Shown: positions 21,092 through 30,948 of the stretch, piece after piece
Layout: each line of letters opens with the position of its first letter
Numbering within the stretch: the stretch's first letter is position 1
DNA from: an uncultured Candidatus Rokubacteria bacterium
GTDB lineage: Bacteria; Methylomirabilota; Methylomirabilia; Rokubacteriales; CSP1-6
Reading direction: 5' to 3'
Assembly: GCA_963771355.1 (NCBI GenBank)
Contig: CAVYTA010000006.1
Coordinates: forward strand, 480,001-544,000
DNA length: 64,000 nucleotides
Notes under the pieces: model-generated
Databases searched by the model: none
What the model was told of the DNA's origin: nothing
Seen by the model: the letters and a program-made list of their open reading frames with translations, nothing else
Program-made: the position numbers and the translations under genes

Positions 21092-21604
21092 CTAGGCGGC
21101 GGCGCCGTGCTCATCCTCGCTGCGCAGGGGGATCCGCGTGCCGTCCACGACGAGGGTGGCGTCCCAGGTGACCTCGATGGCACCCTTGACGCTCTGGTGG
21201 GCGGGACATCCCTCGGGATGCAGCTGCAGCGCGCGCTCGGCTGCCTCGCGGGCTCCCGCCGGCACCGCAAGGTCGTAGTGGACGTGAATGGACTTGATGC
21301 GAATGGTCCGGCCGATGCCGACGATCCGTCCCTCCACCGTGGCCTTGTAGGACTCGCGATCGAACTCGACTTTGCGCCCTGCCAGGGCGCCGCGCAGGGT
21401 GCCGTACATTCAGCCGGCCACCGCGGCGACGATGTGGTCGAGCGTGGAGGCGATCGCCGGTCCCTCCTTCGCGCCGTAGTACTGCCGGAGCGCCCCCTGG
21501 ACGCCGTACACCACGGGCTCGGGCACCTCACCCAGATACGCGTTGCGGTAGCCGTCGCGGTACTCGAGTCGCGCCTTTGAGATGTACTCGAAATCGTCGG
21601 CCAT
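21092..21604 (-). CDS. OsmC-family redox protein, probable selenoprotein (in-frame TGA at 21410-21412)
   Basis: ORFs 21410..21604 and 21092..21409 are in frame and abut: ...HIVAAVAG-TGA-MYGTLRGAL...EGCPAHQSV; RBS GGAGGG at the upstream start only. Confidence 0.85.
21374..21390 (-). promoter_or_regulatory. Putative bacterial SECIS hairpin (OsmC gene)
   Basis: GCGCCC-TGGCA-GGGCGC, +20 to +36 after the TGA, G at +27. Confidence 0.6.
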
Positions 21605-21685
21605 GAGACCCTCCCTGGTAGCTCCGGAGTATCGGACGCGGTTGTCCCGGGTGAGTCTAACCTGGACAGGCGAGGAGAGGTGTTC

Positions 21686-22981
21686 ATGTCGAGGACCGTG
21701 CGCTCACGGTTGATCGCCCCGCTGGCGTGGCTCGTGGCGATGGGCGGGGCGGGCGCCGCCGCCGCCGCGACGGAGGCGGAGCTCCAGTCGGCGGTGTTCC
21801 GGGCGAAACCCGCCGTCGTGATGGTGGGCGTCCGCATCGGCGCCACCGCCACCATCCGCTGCAGCGAGGGCCCGAGCGTCACCGTACGCCCGGCGCCCAT
21901 CGGGGAGCTGGGCAGCGGGGCCATCATCCATCCGGATGGCTGGATCGTGACGAATGGCCATGTGGTCCAGCCGTTCCAGGACGGTCAGGAGAGCGCGTTT
22001 GCCGCCGAGCTCCTCGAGAAGTCCGTGGCCACGGCCTGCGCGGCGGAGGTGGACGCGCTGCCGGCCGCGGCGCGCACCGAGCGGATCCGTGCCCTGGCCG
22101 CCGAGCCGATGAACCGGGCGGGGCTCGTGCTCGAGCGCTCCCTCCAGGTCAATCTGTCCAATGGCAAGGGATATCCGGCCGAGATCAAGTACTACAGCCC
22201 GCCCGCCTACGTGGTGACGGCCGGGGGCAAGGAGCACGGCCGCGACGTCGCCATCCTGAAGATCGAGGAGCGCGAGCTGCCCGTGGTGCGGCTCGCGCCC
22301 CGGAGCACCGATCTCCACCTGGGCCAGGCGCTGTTCGTCATCGGGTTCCCGGGCGTGGTGGCCGCGCACGAGCTGCTGAGCCGGGCCACCCGGTTCGAGC
22401 CCTCGATCACCACCGGGCGGGTCTCGGGGTTCAAGCAGGATGTGGGCGGCCAGCGCGTCATCCAGACCGACGCCGCCATCATCCAGGGCAATAGCGGCGG
22501 GCCGGTCTTCGACGACCGCGGCTACGTCATCGGCGCCGCCACCTTCACCTCGCTCCAGGGGGACCAGGTGGTCCAGGGCTTCAACTTCCTCATTCCCGTG
22601 GAGACCGTTCACGCCGCCGCGGGTCGGGCCGGTTTCACGCCCCGCGGCGACAGCATGTTCACGCGCCTGTGGAACACGGGCGTGGACCTCTACGTCCGCG
22701 ACCTCCACTACCGCGCCTACCGGAACATGAGCGCCGCCAACCGCATCCACCCCGGCTTTCCCGACGTCGAGCGGGTGCGCGAGGACTGCGACATCAAGCA
22801 CAAGGAACAAGGATATCTGCACCGCGAGGAAGTGCAGTGGGGCGTCACGGGCGCGGCCCTGCTGGGCGGTATCGCGGCGGTCTGGTTCGGGGGGCGGCGC
22901 CTCCTGGCGGCGATGCGGAAGGGCCTCCGCCGTCTCATCAGGGAGGAGCTGGAAGGGGTGAGCGGCCGAGGGGGCCCCTAG
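21686..22981 (+). CDS. Secreted trypsin-like (S1) serine protease with C-terminal membrane anchor
   Basis: Signal peptide; TNGHVV, DVAILK, GNSGGP triad; C-terminal hydrophobic helix; no PDZ; start may be 21680. Confidence 0.9.
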   Translation: MSRTVRSRLIAPLAWLVAMGGAGAAAAATEAELQSAVFRAKPAVVMVGVRIGATATIRCSEGPSVTVRPAPIGELGSGAIIHPDGWIVTNGHVVQPFQDGQESAFAAELLEKSVATACAAEVDALPAAARTERIRALAAEPMNRAGLVLERSLQVNLSNGKGYPAEIKYYSPPAYVVTAGGKEHGRDVAILKIEERELPVVRLAPRSTDLHLGQALFVIGFPGVVAAHELLSRATRFEPSITTGRVSGFKQDVGGQRVIQTDAAIIQGNSGGPVFDDRGYVIGAATFTSLQGDQVVQGFNFLIPVETVHAAAGRAGFTPRGDSMFTRLWNTGVDLYVRDLHYRAYRNMSAANRIHPGFPDVERVREDCDIKHKEQGYLHREEVQWGVTGAALLGGIAAVWFGGRRLLAAMRKGLRRLIREELEGVSGRGGP

Positions 22982-23078
22982 CGAGTTCGGCGGTCAGCGG
23001 CGATTCCGTATATCGCGGGCGCCGCTTCCCTTCGCGCGCGAAGCCAGTCAAACCGGCCGTGTGCTATGCTCCGTGTCG

Positions 23079-24092
23079 ATGAGCTCGACGGCCTTGCGCG
23101 CGCCTGTTCAGAGCGCCAGCGAGACGGCCATCCCCGTCATCGACCTCGGCGCGTACCTCGCCGGCGCGCACGGCTCCCTCGAGGCGACGGCCTCGGCCCT
23201 CCGGAACGCCCTCGAAGGCATCGGGTTCTTCATCATCGTCAACCACCGCGTTCCGCGTGACCTGATCGCCCAGACGTTCGCCGAAGCGAAGCGTTTCCAC
23301 GACCAGCCGGTGGACGCGAAGATGGCGATTCGCATGAACGAGCACAACAACGGCTACATGGCGCTGGGCCGGTATGCCGTCTGGACGTCCGAGGTGAACG
23401 CCAATACCAAGCCCGACCTGAACGAGGCCTTCTTCGTGAAGCGGGAGCGGGCGCCGGGCGATCCGCTGCTGGAGTCGGGCCGGCGCTTCGTCGGGCCGAA
23501 TCTTTGGCCGGACGATCTGCCCGGATTTCGCGAGAATGTTCTGACGTACACCGCGGCGGTGGACGAGCTGGGGCGCCGCCTCCTGCCCGTCTGCGCCGTG
23601 GCGCTCGGCCTGCCGCCCGAGCGTTTCGACACGGCGTTTGCCGAGAGCCAGTTCTCGTTCCGGCTGTCACACTATCCGCCCGTCGAGGCGGACGCGAATC
23701 AATTCGGGATCGCGCCGCACACCGACGCCAATTTCCTCACGTTCCTCGCCCAGACGGAGATCCCGGGCCTTCAGGTGCGCACGCCGGCCGGCGCCTGGGT
23801 AGACGTGCCGTACGTCCCCGATTCGTTCGCGGTGAACTCGGGCGACATGATGTCCCGCTGGACGAACGGCCGCTTCAAGTCGACGCCGCATCGCGCCTTG
23901 CCGCCGATCGGAAGGCACCGCTACGCGATCCCGTTCTTCTTGGGACCGCACATCGACACGATCATCGAGTGCCTGCCCACCTGCCAGGGACCGGACACGC
24001 CGCCGAAGGATCCGCCGATCAGCTATGCGGACTATCTGAAGTGGTGGTACGACGCGAACTACGATGCGTCGCGCCAGCAAGACCGCTCCTGA
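23079..24092 (+). CDS. 2-oxoglutarate/Fe(II) dioxygenase, isopenicillin N synthase family
   Basis: IPVIDL, GFFIIVNH, HTD..H facial triad (PHTDANF, STPHR), RYAIPFF. Confidence 0.93.
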   Translation: MSSTALRAPVQSASETAIPVIDLGAYLAGAHGSLEATASALRNALEGIGFFIIVNHRVPRDLIAQTFAEAKRFHDQPVDAKMAIRMNEHNNGYMALGRYAVWTSEVNANTKPDLNEAFFVKRERAPGDPLLESGRRFVGPNLWPDDLPGFRENVLTYTAAVDELGRRLLPVCAVALGLPPERFDTAFAESQFSFRLSHYPPVEADANQFGIAPHTDANFLTFLAQTEIPGLQVRTPAGAWVDVPYVPDSFAVNSGDMMSRWTNGRFKSTPHRALPPIGRHRYAIPFFLGPHIDTIIECLPTCQGPDTPPKDPPISYADYLKWWYDANYDASRQQDRS

Positions 24093-24173
24093 CACCTCCC
24101 GCCGTTCGCGAGAAGCAGCGGTAAGAGCCAGGCGACGCTTCGTGTCGACGCGCTCAGGCGGGGCACCGTCGCT

Positions 24174-24701
24174 TCAGGGCTCGGCCAGCAATTGGCGGAT
24201 GAGCCGCTCCATCTCCGCGTAAGCCCCCTCGCCGATGTGCGTGTACCGGACGATGCCCTTCTTGTCCACGATCACGGCCGCCGGCCAGTACCGATTCCCG
24301 TAGCGCTTCCAGATCACGAAGTCGTTGTCCTGTACGACCGGATACGCCACGCCCAGCTCCTTCGTCGCGGCCACTACCTTGTCGTACGGCTTCTCCCAGA
24401 GAAACTCCGGCGCGTGAACCCCGACGATGGTCAGCCCTTTCGCGTTGTGCCGCGCGTGCCAGTCCCGCAACTGCGGGATCACGTTCTTGCAGTTGTATCA
24501 GCCGAAGGTCCAGAACTCGACGAAGACGACCCGTCCCCGGAGCTTGGTCATCGAGAGTGGCTCGCTGTTGATCCAGCGCTCGCCGGTGATTTCCGGTGCG
24601 GGTTCGCCGACTTTCAGGCTCGCCGGCTCGCTTTCTACTCCGGTGCCGAGCAGCATGACCGCGACCGAGAGCGTCACCCCCATCCCGCGTATCCACCGCA
24701 T
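24174..24701 (-). CDS. Exported TlpA/DipZ-like redoxin, probable selenoprotein with UxxC active site (TGA at 24498-24500)
   Basis: Joined reading: MRWIRG...GRVVFVEFWTFG-TGA-YNCKNVIPQL...VGVHAPEF...NRYWPA...HIGEGAY; RBS GGAGGA. Confidence 0.9.
24463..24478 (-). promoter_or_regulatory. Putative bacterial SECIS hairpin (redoxin gene)
   Basis: TCCCGC-AGTT-GCGGGA, +20 to +35 after the TGA, G at +27; possible lower CGTG/CACG stem. Confidence 0.65.
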
Positions 24702-24781
24702 GGCGTTCCTCCACGTCAGGTCTGGGTGTCCGCCATCGCGACGGAGGTACTCTCGCCCATGGTCACAAACCGCGAAGCAGT

Positions 24782-26011
24782 CTAGCCCCCGTCCAGCGGA
24801 TCGACGGCATCGGGCTCGATCCACTGAATCTCGGCGCCGGCGCCCTTGACGGCCGTTACCTCGACCTCCACCGCCAGCTCGGGTCGGGCGAGGCCGCTGA
24901 TGCGGCAGCCGAGCGACGCCGGATGGCTCTTCGCGAACGGCGTGGGGCCGTCGCCGTACGCTCGATTCTGCTTCGCGCCCTCGACCGTGAACGTCCGCCG
25001 GCGCACCACGTCGTCCATTGACGCGCCCGCCTGCTCGAGCGCCCAGCGACTGGTGTCGACCGCCAGGTCGTACTGGCGGGCCCAGTCGCCCGGCGCCTGC
25101 ACCTCACCGGTGGCCGACACCGACGTGCAGCCACTGACGTAGACTTGATCGCCCACGACGACGGCGCGCGCGTACCCTCGCGGCTTCTCCCGCATGTGCT
25201 GCGTGTAGATGTCGCGGCGCGAGCGCGCGGCCCCGAGCACGGCCTCGGCCTCGATCTCGACGAGCAGCTCCGGGCGGACCAGTGCCGGGACACCCAGCAG
25301 CGTGGAGACGGGACGCACGTCGCCGAGCACCTCGACGAACGCGCGCGTATAGTCCGCCGCCTTGCTGAGATCGGTGAGGAACGTCTTGGTGTAGACAAGG
25401 TCCCCGGGCACCCCGCCGGCGTCCGCGAGCGCCCGAAAGATGGTGTCCAGGGTCGTGCGCGTCTGGCGGTACATGTCGCCGACGCCTTCGACGCCGCGGG
25501 CGGTGAGCGCGGTCGAGCCCGAGATGAAGACGCGTTCACCGATCCGGACGGCTCGCGAGTACGCGTACACCGCCTCCAGCGGACCACCCGAGGAGATCCG
25601 CTGGGCGGACGTTCGCGCGCCGTCGATGGCGTCGAGCTCGATCTCGACGAGCTGGGTCGGGCGGGCCAGGCCGCTGACCTGCACCAGCGTGGCCGCCGGC
25701 CGCGCGTCACTGAAATGCCGTGCCACCGCGCGCGCCGCCGCGTCACTCACCGCGACGTCGGTGACGTAGATCCGGCTGCGGACCACGTCGTCGAGCCGCC
25801 CGCCCGCCTTGCCCATGCTCCACTCGGCGATGCGCATGATGGCGTCGACCTGGCGGGCGACATCGCCTTCGCCGCGGACGTTGCCTTGCCGGTCGATGGC
25901 GGTGGTGCCCGACTGCAGCACGGTGTCGCCGACCCGCAGCGCGCGCGAGTAGTGCGCGAGCGACTCCAGCGGGCGACCCGAGGCGACGTTTATCCGGCGA
26001 GCGGGTGTCAT
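24782..26011 (-). CDS. Rid (YjgF/RidA-family) protein with three tandem domains
   Basis: Three repeats of YSRA..VG..V..SG.T ... L.RP..LVEIE. Confidence 0.9.
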   Translation of the reverse strand: MTPARRINVASGRPLESLAHYSRALRVGDTVLQSGTTAIDRQGNVRGEGDVARQVDAIMRIAEWSMGKAGGRLDDVVRSRIYVTDVAVSDAAARAVARHFSDARPAATLVQVSGLARPTQLVEIELDAIDGARTSAQRISSGGPLEAVYAYSRAVRIGERVFISGSTALTARGVEGVGDMYRQTRTTLDTIFRALADAGGVPGDLVYTKTFLTDLSKAADYTRAFVEVLGDVRPVSTLLGVPALVRPELLVEIEAEAVLGAARSRRDIYTQHMREKPRGYARAVVVGDQVYVSGCTSVSATGEVQAPGDWARQYDLAVDTSRWALEQAGASMDDVVRRRTFTVEGAKQNRAYGDGPTPFAKSHPASLGCRISGLARPELAVEVEVTAVKGAGAEIQWIEPDAVDPLDGG

Positions 26012-26020
26012 GCGTGGACG

Positions 26021-26049
26021 ATGATGCGCCCGCCCCGGGGTCGCGTCAA
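26021..26049 (-). promoter_or_regulatory. sigma70-type promoter, very short leader
   Basis: TTGACG-17nt-CATCAT, 9 nt upstream of the ATG at 26011. Confidence 0.5.
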
Positions 26050-26173
26050 GGTGGGGCGGCGGGCGAGCAGGAAGGCGAGGATGGACACGCTCGAGGCAAT
26101 GACCCATGATCGGCCATACCGGCGCGCCGGTGCACTGGCAAGCCCGCATTCAAGCCAGAGAGGAGAGCTCGAG

Positions 26174-26250
26174 ATGACGGATCAGCCGCTTAGACTCTCT
26201 TCGTGGACGGCGGCATGACCCTCTATCCCGAGTTCGTGCGGGGAGGCTAG
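26174..26250 (+). pseudogene. Internally deleted glucose-1-dehydrogenase-like SDR remnant
   Basis: RBS AGGAG + ATG MTDQPL.. joined to a second frame TLFVDGGMTLYPEFVRGG-TAG, a typical Gdh-type SDR C-terminus. Confidence 0.7.
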
Positions 26251-26258
26251 TCTCTTCC

Positions 26259-28284
26259 ATGGTGATGCGCGCGGTCGACTTCGGCCGCGAGGTCTGTGGC
26301 CGGCTCGCCGCCGCCGAGGCGCGCGAGTGGCTCTGCGTGAACGGCATCGGCGGCTTCGCCTCCGGCACGGTGGCGGGGCTTCTCACCCGTCGGTACCACG
26401 GGCTGCTGGTGGCGGCCTTGCAGCCGCCCTTGGGCCGGACGGTGCTCGTCTCGCGGGTGGAGGAGACGACCGAGTACCGCGGCGTGCGCCGGGAGCTGCA
26501 CGTCAATCGCTGGGCGGACGGGACCCTCGGCCCGCAGGGGCATCACGAGATCGAGCGCTTCCACCTCGACGGCACCACCCCGGTGTGGAGCTATGCCCTG
26601 GCCGACGCGCTCCTCGAGAAGCGCATCTGGATGGAGCCGGGCGCCAATACCACCTACGTGGCCTATCGGACGGCGCGGGCCGCGGCTCCCGTGGCGCTGA
26701 CCGTCGCGGTGCACGTGAACTACCGGGACTATCACTCGACCACGCGCGGAGGACTGGTCGATGCGAATCGATCCCATTCCCGCGGGCGTGCGCGTGGAGG
26801 CCTTCGCGGGGGCGCGGCCCTTCGTGGTGCTGGCGCCGGGCGCGGCCGCCGAGCCGGCGGGGACCTGGCACTATCGCGGCGACCTGGCCCGCGAGCGCGC
26901 GCGCGGGCTCGACAGCCAGGAGGACACGCTCCACGCGGTGACGTTCCACCTGACGCTTCCCCCGGGTGCGACGGCGGTGCTGGTGTGCTCCGCCGAGGAG
27001 GCGCCCGACCTGGACGCGGAGGCCGCCTGGCGCCGGCGGCGGGCGCACGAGGCGGCGGTGCTCGAGGCCTGGCGCGCGGTCCGCCCGGCGGCGACGCCGG
27101 AGCCCGCATGGATCACCCAGCTCGTGCTCGGCGCCGACCAGTTCCTCGTCAGCCGGCCGGCCCTGGACGTGCCCGATGGGAAGTCGGTCATCGCAGGCTA
27201 CCCGTGGTTCGGCGACTGGGGGCGCGACACCATGATCGCGCTGCCCGGTCTCCTGCTCACCACGGGGCGCCCGGGGGCGGCCGCGTCCATCCTGCGCACG
27301 TTCGCGCGGCTCGTGGACCGCGGCATGCTCCCGAACCGCTTCCCGGACGCGGGCGAGGCGCCGGAGTACAACACCGTGGACGCCACCCTCTGGTACTTCG
27401 AGGCCATTCGCGCCTATGTGGCCGCGACCGGGGACGACGCGCTTCTCCGTGAGCTCTACCCCGTGCTCGAGGAGATCGTGGAGTGGCATCGCAAGGGCAC
27501 GCGCCACGGCATCGTGGTAGATCCCGACGACGGCTTGCTCCGGGCGGGGGAGCCCGGGGTCCAGCTCACGTGGATGGACGCGCGCGTGGGGGAGCGCGTG
27601 ATCACGCCGCGCACGGGCAAGCCGGTGGAGATCAACGCGCTCTGGTTCAATGCCCTGCGCGCCATGGGGTTCTTCTCACGGCGGCTGCGTCGGCCCGCGG
27701 CGCCGTGGGAGGAGGCCGCCGGTGAGGTGGCGCGATCGTTCAACCGTTTCTGGAACGCCGGCGCCGGCTGCTGCAAGGACGTCATCGACGGGCCGAGCGG
27801 CGATGACGCCGCGCTCCGGCCCAACCAGATCCTGGCCGTGTCGCTACCGGCCAGCCCGCTGCCGGTACCGCGGCAGCGGCAGGTGGTGGACGTCTGCGCC
27901 GCCGAGCTTCTCACCGACTTCGGGCTCCGCAGCCTCTCGCCGCGGGATCCGGCGTACCGGGGGCTCTATGCGGGCGGGCCGGCCGAGCGGGACGGCGTCT
28001 ATCACCAGGGCACCGCGTGGGGCTGGCTGCTCGGCGCATTTGTCATGGCTCACTTGCGCGTGCACGGTGACCGAGCCGCCGCGCGCGCCTTTCTCCTGCC
28101 GCTGGCGCATCACGTACCGGATGCGGGCCTCGGCAGCATCGCGGAGGTCTTCGACGGCGACGCCCCGTTCGAGCCGGGCGGCTGCCCGTTCCAGGCCTGG
28201 AGCGTCGCGGAGACGCTGCGCGCCTGGGCCGCCACCGAGCCCGAGCCGCCGCGCCCGCGGCCCGCGCGGCCGCGCGGGCGCTGA
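26259..28284 (+). CDS. Glycogen debranching enzyme / amylo-alpha-1,6-glucosidase (one frameshift near 26750)
   Basis: REWL..NGIGGFASG, TRRYHGLL in frame 1; IAGYPWFGDWGRDTMI, YNTVDATLW, TWMDA, YHQGTAWGW, QAWSVAE in frame 2. Confidence 0.9.
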
Positions 28285-28296
28285 GGACGGAGGCGC

Positions 28297-30948
28297 ATGA
28301 TCGTCGAACGCGCGGAGCAGCAGCGCCTGGCCGAGGCGGAGGCGCGCACCGCGCACTGGAAGCGCTGGGGCCCGTATCTCTCCGAGCGGCAATGGGGCAC
28401 CGTGCGCGAGGACTACAGCGCGCACGGGACGGCATGGGAGTACCTGCCGCACGACCATGCCCGCTCGCGCGCCTACCGCTGGGGCGAGGACGGCATCCTC
28501 GGCATCTCGGACAACCATCAGCGCCTGTGCCTGGCGCTGGCGCTCTGGAACGGCCGTGACCCCATTCTCAAGGAGCGGCTCTTCGGGCTCACCGGCAACG
28601 AGGGCAACCACGGCGAGGACGTGAAGGAGTACTACTACTACCTCGACTCCACCCCCACCCACTCGTACATGAAGGGCCTCTACAAGTACCCGCAGGCGGA
28701 GTTCCCCTACGCGCGCCTGGTGGAGGAGAACCGCCGGCGGGGGCGGGGAGCGCCCGAGTTCGAGCTGCTGGACACGGGCGTCTTCGACGACGACCGCTAC
28801 TTCGACGTCACCGTGGAGTATGCCAAGGCCGGCGTGGACGACATCCTGGTTCGCATCACCGCGACCAATCGGGGCCCGGTGGCGGCGCCGCTCCACCTCA
28901 TCCCGACCCTCTGGTTCCGCAACACCTGGGCCTGGGACGTCGGGGCCAAGCGCCCGCGGCTGGCGCGGGCGGCATCGGACGGCGGGCACGTCGCGGTCGA
29001 GGCCACGCACCCGACCCTCGGGACCCGGCGGCTCTGCTGCGACGGCGCCCCGCGCCTGCTCTTCACCGAGAACGAGACCAATCACGCGCGTCTCTTCGAT
29101 GGCCCCCGCGTCACCCTGCACGTGAAGGACGGGATCAACGACGCGGTGGTGGGCGGGCGCCCGGAGGCCGTCAACCCGGCAGAGACCGGCACCAAGGTGG
29201 GCGCGCAGTACATCTTCGACGTCCCCGGGGGTGCGAGCGTCAGCGTGCGGGTCCGGCTCGCCGCCGTCGGTTCCGCCGCCGGCCCGTTTGGCGCCGGCTT
29301 CACGCAGGTCTTCGCCGACCGTCTCGCCGAGGCCGACGATTTCTATGCCGGTCTGCTGCCCGGCGAGCGCTCCGAGGACAGCCGGCGGGTGATGCGGCAG
29401 GCGGCGGCGGGGCTGCTGTGGAGCAAGCAGTTCTATCACTACGATATTCGCCGCTGGCTGTCCGGCGATCCCACCCAGCCGCCGCCGCCCCCCGGCCGCG
29501 CCGAGGGCCGAAACCGCGGGTGGGAGCACCTCTACAACGAAGACGTGATCTCGATGCCCGACAAGTGGGAGTACCCCTGGTACGCAGCCTGGGACCTGGC
29601 CTTCCACATGATCCCGCTCGCCCTGCTCGACGCCGACTTCGCCAAGTCCCAGCTGCTCCTCTTCCTGCGCGAGTGGTACATGCACCCCAATGGCCAGGTT
29701 CCCGCCTATGAGTGGGCCCTGGGCGACGTCAATCCGCCCGTGCACGCGTGGGCGGCCTGGCGCGTCTACAAGATCGACCGGAAGGTCAAGGGCACGGGCG
29801 ACCGCCAGTTCCTGGAGAAGGTGTTCCACAAGCTCCTGCTCAACTTCACCTGGTGGGTGAACCGGAAGGACGCCGAGGGCAACAATGTCTTCCAGGGCGG
29901 ATTCCTCGGCCTGGACAATATCGGAGTATTCGACCGCTCGGCGCCGCTGCCCACCGGCGGGCATATCGAGCAGTCCGACGGCACCAGCTGGATGGCCATG
30001 TACTCGCTCAACATGCTGGCCATCGCGCTGGAGCTGGCCCAGGAGGACCCGGCCTACGAGGACGTGGCGAGCAAGTTCTTCGAGCACTTCGTCTACATCG
30101 CGCACGCCATGCACAAGCTCGGCCGCGAGGAGATCAGCCTCTGGGACGAGGAGGACGGCTTCTACTACGACGTGCTCCGCCTGCCCGGGCACCCGCCCAT
30201 TCCCCTGAAGGTCCGCTCCATGGTCGGCCTCATCCCGCTCTTCGCGGTGGAGACGCTCGAGCCCGAGCAGGTGGACAAGCTGGGGGGCTTCAAGCGCCGC
30301 ATGCAGTGGTTCGTGGACAACCGTCCCGACCTGGCCGATCACGTGGTGGAGGTCCAGCGCCTGGACGGCAAGATCCGCCGCCTGCTCTCCATCGTCACCC
30401 AGCCCCAGCTGCCGAGAGTCCTCCGCTTCATGTTGGATGAAGCGGAGTTCCTCTCGCCGCATGGCATCCGCGCGCTGTCCCGCTACCACCGCGAGCATCC
30501 CTACGTCTTCCACGCGGACGGGATGGCGCATCGGGTGGACTACGAGCCCGCCGAGTCCTCGTCCGGGCTCTTCGGCGGCAACTCGAACTGGCGGGGCCCG
30601 GTGTGGTTCCCGGTGAACTACCTGCTCATCGAGTCACTGCAGAAGTTCCACTGGTTCCTGGGCGATGGGTTGCGGCTGGAGTGCCCCAGCGGGTCGGGCG
30701 TCAAGATGGATCTCTGGGAGATCTCGGTGGAGCTGTCGCGGCGGCTGTCCCGCATCTTCCTCCGCGATGCGGACGGGCGGCGGCCGGTGTTCGGGCCCGT
30801 GGACAAGCTCCAGCGGGACCCGCACTGGCGGGACCTGGTGCCCTTCCACGAGTATTTCCACGGCGAGACGGGAGCGGGCCTGGGCGCCAGCCACCAGACG
30901 GGCTGGACCGGGCTGGTGGCCAAGCTCATCGCCCAGAGCGGGGAGTAG
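28297..30948 (+). CDS. MGH1-like glycoside hydrolase (GH63 family)
   Basis: [46 protein letters not shown]. Confidence 0.93.
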   Translation: MIVERAEQQRLAEAEARTAHWKRWGPYLSERQWGTVREDYSAHGTAWEYLPHDHARSRAYRWGEDGILGISDNHQRLCLALALWNGRDPILKERLFGLTGNEGNHGEDVKEYYYYLDSTPTHSYMKGLYKYPQAEFPYARLVEENRRRGRGAPEFELLDTGVFDDDRYFDVTVEYAKAGVDDILVRITATNRGPVAAPLHLIPTLWFRNTWAWDVGAKRPRLARAASDGGHVAVEATHPTLGTRRLCCDGAPRLLFTENETNHARLFDGPRVTLHVKDGINDAVVGGRPEAVNPAETGTKVGAQYIFDVPGGASVSVRVRLAAVGSAAGPFGAGFTQVFADRLAEADDFYAGLLPGERSEDSRRVMRQAAAGLLWSKQFYHYDIRRWLSGDPTQPPPPPGRAEGRNRGWEHLYNEDVISMPDKWEYPWYAAWDLAFHMIPLALLDADFAKSQLLLFLREWYMHPNGQVPAYEWALGDVNPPVHAWAAWRVYKIDRKVKGTGDRQFLEKVFHKLLLNFTWWVNRKDAEGNNVFQGGFLGLDNIGVFDRSAPLPTGGHIEQSDGTSWMAMYSLNMLAIALELAQEDPAYEDVASKFFEHFVYIAHAMHKLGREEISLWDEEDGFYYDVLRLPGHPPIPLKVRSMVGLIPLFAVETLEPEQVDKLGGFKRRMQWFVDNRPDLADHVVEVQRLDGKIRRLLSIVTQPQLPRVLRFMLDEAEFLSPHGIRALSRYHREHPYVFHADGMAHRVDYEPAESSSGLFGGNSNWRGPVWFPVNYLLIESLQKFHWFLGDGLRLECPSGSGVKMDLWEISVELSRRLSRIFLRDADGRRPVFGPVDKLQRDPHWRDLVPFHEYFHGETGAGLGASHQTGWTGLVAKLIAQSGE

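Noticed and set aside
26174..26218. MTDQPLRLSSWTAA-TGA as a SelD-like or third selenoprotein start
   Set aside because: No GCK after the TGA and no +20 hairpin. It is better explained as a deleted SDR remnant.
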